This document shows positions 60,931-64,000 of a stretch of DNA of 64,000 nt, piece after piece. The DNA lies in IMG/VR virus record IMGVR_UViG_2713896764_000001, positions 1-64,000 of that record; one strand, written 5' to 3'. Both the position numbers and the translations under genes were made by a program. The notes below the pieces were generated by a model that was given only the letters and a program-made list of their open reading frames with translations, was not told the origin of the DNA and made no database searches. The number at the start of each line of letters is the position of its first letter. Within the stretch, counting starts at the first letter, position 1. This DNA is from a virus. Taxonomy: Duplodnaviria; Caudoviricetes.

Positions 60931-61006
60931 CTTACTGTTACGAAACATAAAGCAATTGATTCCAAGGCAATTATAAGTCACAGCTTACTTACCTTTCAAC
61001 GCCTTT

Positions 61007-61084
61007 TTACAGTGCGGAGAGACCTGCGGCCATCACTGCGTAAGGAATTGATAGAATGACAAATGCAGTTAACTTCCATGTCAT
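61007..61084 (-). CDS. 25-aa hydrophobic micropeptide
   Basis: MTWKLTAFVILSIPYAVMAAGLSAL*, AAGGGAAG RBS. Confidence 0.55.
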   Translation of the reverse strand: MTWKLTAFVILSIPYAVMAAGLSAL

Positions 61085-61106
61085 AACGCTACTTCCCTTT
61101 CACAGT

Positions 61107-61841
61107 TTACGCGCTTAGCGCCTCTCTCAATACACCAGAGACGTAACCGCCAAGTTTCACTTCGTTATACGTCGGACACTTGAGGATTTTATTATCCGAA
61201 AGACGGTATCCAACATACTCGTCGCGATTCAAACAAGGGCGGAATGCAATGTCTCCATAACGCTCAGTGTCACTACCAGCCAACTCAAGACGCATTTCCG
61301 CATCTGCCGGCCATAGCTTTGACATATTAGAGGCGTGGATATCCTCCATCACGCTCTTGTGGTCGATCTTCCCGCATGTCATCACGGCTTCAATGACTTT
61401 AATCAGCACTCCACAGCCAATCAGGAAACGGTCAGCCAAGTTCTGAACGTCGCTAGTCACTTTGACTCCGTTCATTAGCGTTTCACAGCTCGACAGAGCA
61501 ATCGCCACAACCATTTCAAGGTCGGTGCGGAATGTATTTCGCACGGACTTAGCCAAGATATAGCCTGCGTTAGCGTCAACGTGGCTTTCTAAGCTCAACC
61601 AGCTCGACTTCATAGCCGTGATTGAGCCTGCCGCCACATAAACTAAGTCTCCTAGCGCGTCGATCACGCCCTCTTCGTCGCCCGACTCGATAGCTTCCTT
61701 TAGCTCTTTTGCCTCCTCCAGAACAAGATTGTGTCGAGTCTGCAAAAGTCCCAGTGTCGGCGCTGCCGCAATTGGGTCGCCAAATACATCATGAAATTCG
61801 TGCGTAATCTCTAATGCCTGCTCGTATAAAGACATTTTCAT
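61107..61841 (-). CDS. MazG-like / all-alpha NTP pyrophosphohydrolase
   Basis: EEAKEL...DALGDLVYV, IHASNMSK, KILKCP. Confidence 0.85.
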   Translation of the reverse strand: MKMSLYEQALEITHEFHDVFGDPIAAAPTLGLLQTRHNLVLEEAKELKEAIESGDEEGVIDALGDLVYVAAGSITAMKSSWLSLESHVDANAGYILAKSVRNTFRTDLEMVVAIALSSCETLMNGVKVTSDVQNLADRFLIGCGVLIKVIEAVMTCGKIDHKSVMEDIHASNMSKLWPADAEMRLELAGSDTERYGDIAFRPCLNRDEYVGYRLSDNKILKCPTYNEVKLGGYVSGVLREALSA

Positions 61842-61853
61842 TCCCTTGTGTAA

Positions 61854-62960
61854 TTAAAGTTCCATTTCGGCCAGTGCGCCGACATCAATAGACGCATCAA
61901 TCTGACCAACAAGGTAGCTGGACATTTCAGCCTCTTGTGGAGCAACCTGCACATTAGAAGACAACAGCCAGTTATCCATCCAAGGCAGAGGATCGCTTGT
62001 CACTTCCGGATACAGAGGTTTTGACACACCCAAGCGAGCCATAGAGACGTTTGTTCGGTGTTTAACATATGCCTTTAGGATTTCAGCGTTCAGGCCAATC
62101 ATAGAGCCATCGCGGAACAGGTGATCCGCCCACTCCATTTCCTGCTCGGAAACCTCTCGCATCGTATCCCATAGGAATTGCTCTTGGGATGCCGCAATAG
62201 CTTGCCAATCCGCACCTTCACGACCAATACGCATGAATCGAATCATTTCCTGAGTGCCGTGGCAATGCAGAGCCTCATCACGGGCAATCAGACGCATGAT
62301 CTTCGTGTTTGACTCAAGCAGGCCATTACGCTCACCAAAGGCAAATGTGCAGGCAAAGCTCACGTAGAAGCGGATAGCCTCAAGCGCATTCAGCACAATC
62401 AGAGCGCGATAAACCTGAGTAGCCAGTTCGTTCTTAGGCACATCACCGTTAGCCTGGTGGCGACAAACCAAGTCATACAGCTTGTCGTATTCCCGTGTAA
62501 TCGACTCAGCACGTTTGATAATCGCCTCATCAATGATGATCTTGTCGAACACTTCTTGAGGCTGACTAAACAGACCACGAACAATATGGGTGTAGCTACG
62601 GCTATGGATAGTCTCACTAAACGCCCATGTCTCAACCCATGTCTCAAGCTCAGGCAGACTGACAATAGGCAGCAGAGTGATATTCACGCCACGAGCTTGA
62701 ACGCTATCAAGCAGAGTTTGATATTTCAGGTTCGAGATGAAGATCTCGCGCTCATGCTCCGGCAAAGCCCAGAACTGAGCGTAGTCCTTATCCATCGCCA
62801 CCTCTTCAGGACGCCAGAAAAACGATAGCTGTCGCTCAATCAGGCGCTCGAATAGCGTGTATTTCTGCTCATCGTAACGAGCGATATTCACTGGCTCACC
62901 CAAAAACATTGGCTCAAGTTTTGCGTCGAACTGTTTGCGGTTAAACGTTGTATAAGTCAC
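61854..62960 (-). CDS. nrdB: ribonucleotide reductase class Ia beta subunit
   Basis: FFWRPEE, LDSVQ, ETIHSRSY, EAIRFY, RDEALH, VAPQE. Confidence 0.96.
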   Translation of the reverse strand: MTYTTFNRKQFDAKLEPMFLGEPVNIARYDEQKYTLFERLIERQLSFFWRPEEVAMDKDYAQFWALPEHEREIFISNLKYQTLLDSVQARGVNITLLPIVSLPELETWVETWAFSETIHSRSYTHIVRGLFSQPQEVFDKIIIDEAIIKRAESITREYDKLYDLVCRHQANGDVPKNELATQVYRALIVLNALEAIRFYVSFACTFAFGERNGLLESNTKIMRLIARDEALHCHGTQEMIRFMRIGREGADWQAIAASQEQFLWDTMREVSEQEMEWADHLFRDGSMIGLNAEILKAYVKHRTNVSMARLGVSKPLYPEVTSDPLPWMDNWLLSSNVQVAPQEAEMSSYLVGQIDASIDVGALAEMEL

Positions 62961-63022
62961 TGTTTGTTTCTCTTGTTACTTGTTGTTTCGATAGCGCCAT
63001 TTTGACGCAGTGAAGTAGGCAG

Positions 63023-63044
63023 AAAAGTGGGGATTGCTCCCCAC
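63023..63044 (-). terminator. hairpin / terminator between nrdA and nrdB
   Basis: GTGGGGA/TCCCCAC with A-run. Confidence 0.6.
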
Positions 63045-63053
63045 CCTAATCAA

Positions 63054-64000
63054 TTAGATTTTGCAGCCACCGTCGCAATCACTGTCTTTACTGCCATCAG
63101 AGTCCACTTCGCCAGCACCATCACGGGTGTTGTGGTAGTAAAGCGTCTTGATGCCAAGACGGTATGCAGTTAGCAGGTCGCGTAGAAGTTGTTGCATCGG
63201 GACAGCACCACCAAATGCACGAGGGTCATAGTTGGTGTTAGCCGAGATAGCCTGATCAACGAACTTCTGAATAACAGCAACAATTTCCAGATAGCCTTTG
63301 TTGCTTGGCATTTCCCACAGCAGCTCGTATTGCCAAGATAGGCTCGCAACATCCGGAACTACCTGCTTAATCATGCCGTCCTTGCTTGATTTCACAGACA
63401 CAAGGCCACGAGGCGGCTCAATACCGTTTGTCGCATTCGAAATCTGGGAAGACGTTTCAGATGGCATCAGAGCCGTCAGCGCTGAGTTGCGCAGACCATG
63501 TGCTTTGATTTCACCGCGCAGCCATTCCCAATCAAGTTTCAGCTCATGGCTACAGATTGAATCAACCGCTTTTGCATAGTGATCAATCGGCAGTAAGCCT
63601 TTCGCATACTTGGTTTCTTCAAACCACTCACACTTGCCTTTCGTCTTAGCAAGCTCGTTTGATGCTTTCAGCAAATAGAACTGAATTGCCTCAAAGGTTT
63701 CATGAACCAGTGGCAGGCCAGAGCCGTCAGAGTAGCGACGACCGTTCTTAGCCAAGTAGTAAGCCAAGTTAACGACACCAACACCTAGCGAACGACGCGC
63801 CTTCGTGCCAATCTCTGCGGCTTTAACCGGATAGTTCTGGTAGTCGAACAGGTTATCCAGAGCAGCAACTAGCAGGTATGACAGACGCTCAAGACGCTTC
63901 AGGTCACTTAGCGCACCAAGGTTGAATGCCGCCAGTGTGCAAAGCGCAATTTCGCCTTCCTCATCGAAAATATGATTCAGAGGCTTAGTTGGCAGCGTAA
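63054..64000 (-). CDS. nrdA: ribonucleotide reductase class Ia alpha subunit, 5'-truncated by the window
   Basis: MPSETSSQISNATNGIEP, KTLYY, C-terminal CDGGCKI; frame continues to the window edge (IALCTLAA). Confidence 0.96.
   Translation of the reverse strand, partial: TLPTKPLNHIFDEEGEIALCTLAAFNLGALSDLKRLERLSYLLVAALDNLFDYQNYPVKAAEIGTKARRSLGVGVVNLAYYLAKNGRRYSDGSGLPLVHETFEAIQFYLLKASNELAKTKGKCEWFEETKYAKGLLPIDHYAKAVDSICSHELKLDWEWLRGEIKAHGLRNSALTALMPSETSSQISNATNGIEPPRGLVSVKSSKDGMIKQVVPDVASLSWQYELLWEMPSNKGYLEIVAVIQKFVDQAISANTNYDPRAFGGAVPMQQLLRDLLTAYRLGIKTLYYHNTRDGAGEVDSDGSKDSDCDGGCKI

Noticed and set aside
1374-60991. CRISPR array from the recurring palindromes
   Set aside because: Copies are dispersed, not regularly spaced, and no cas genes are present

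Overview
This window is a 64-kb segment of a large siphovirus-type phage-plasmid. Its gene order resembles the SSU5/pHCM2 group; a gammaproteobacterial, possibly Vibrionaceae, host is only inferred. Most genes lie on the - strand. In window order it holds primase, DnaB helicase and an Hfq/Sm-like gene, a + strand NfeD/cytochrome c/OB-fold moron, a type Ib ParA partition pair, tRNA-Gly(TCC), several tail fibres, holin and CHAP endolysin, a lambda-like tail, head, portal and terminase, a ParB-ParB-ABC ATPase-GNAT module, an SF2 helicase, a gene-poor repeat- and hairpin-rich region (about 45.7-52 kb), early accessory genes and a dNTP-synthesis cluster (exonuclease, kinase, DHFR, HAD phosphatase, ThyA, MazG-like, NrdB, partial NrdA). 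The most notable unexplained signals are: (1) three dispersed 180-220 bp foldback elements with shared inverted core arms and different internal hairpins; (2) an RNase HI homologue lacking all four catalytic carboxylates, directly beside one of those elements; (3) an Hfq-like protein in the replication operon; (4) about 24 copies of an 18-bp palindrome, TAAGT(C/A)A-N4-T(G/T)ACTTA, at gene boundaries. Three apparent single-base insertions (tail-tip gene, DHFR, a small ORF) are probably sequence errors. All calls are from manual reading; no database searches were run.
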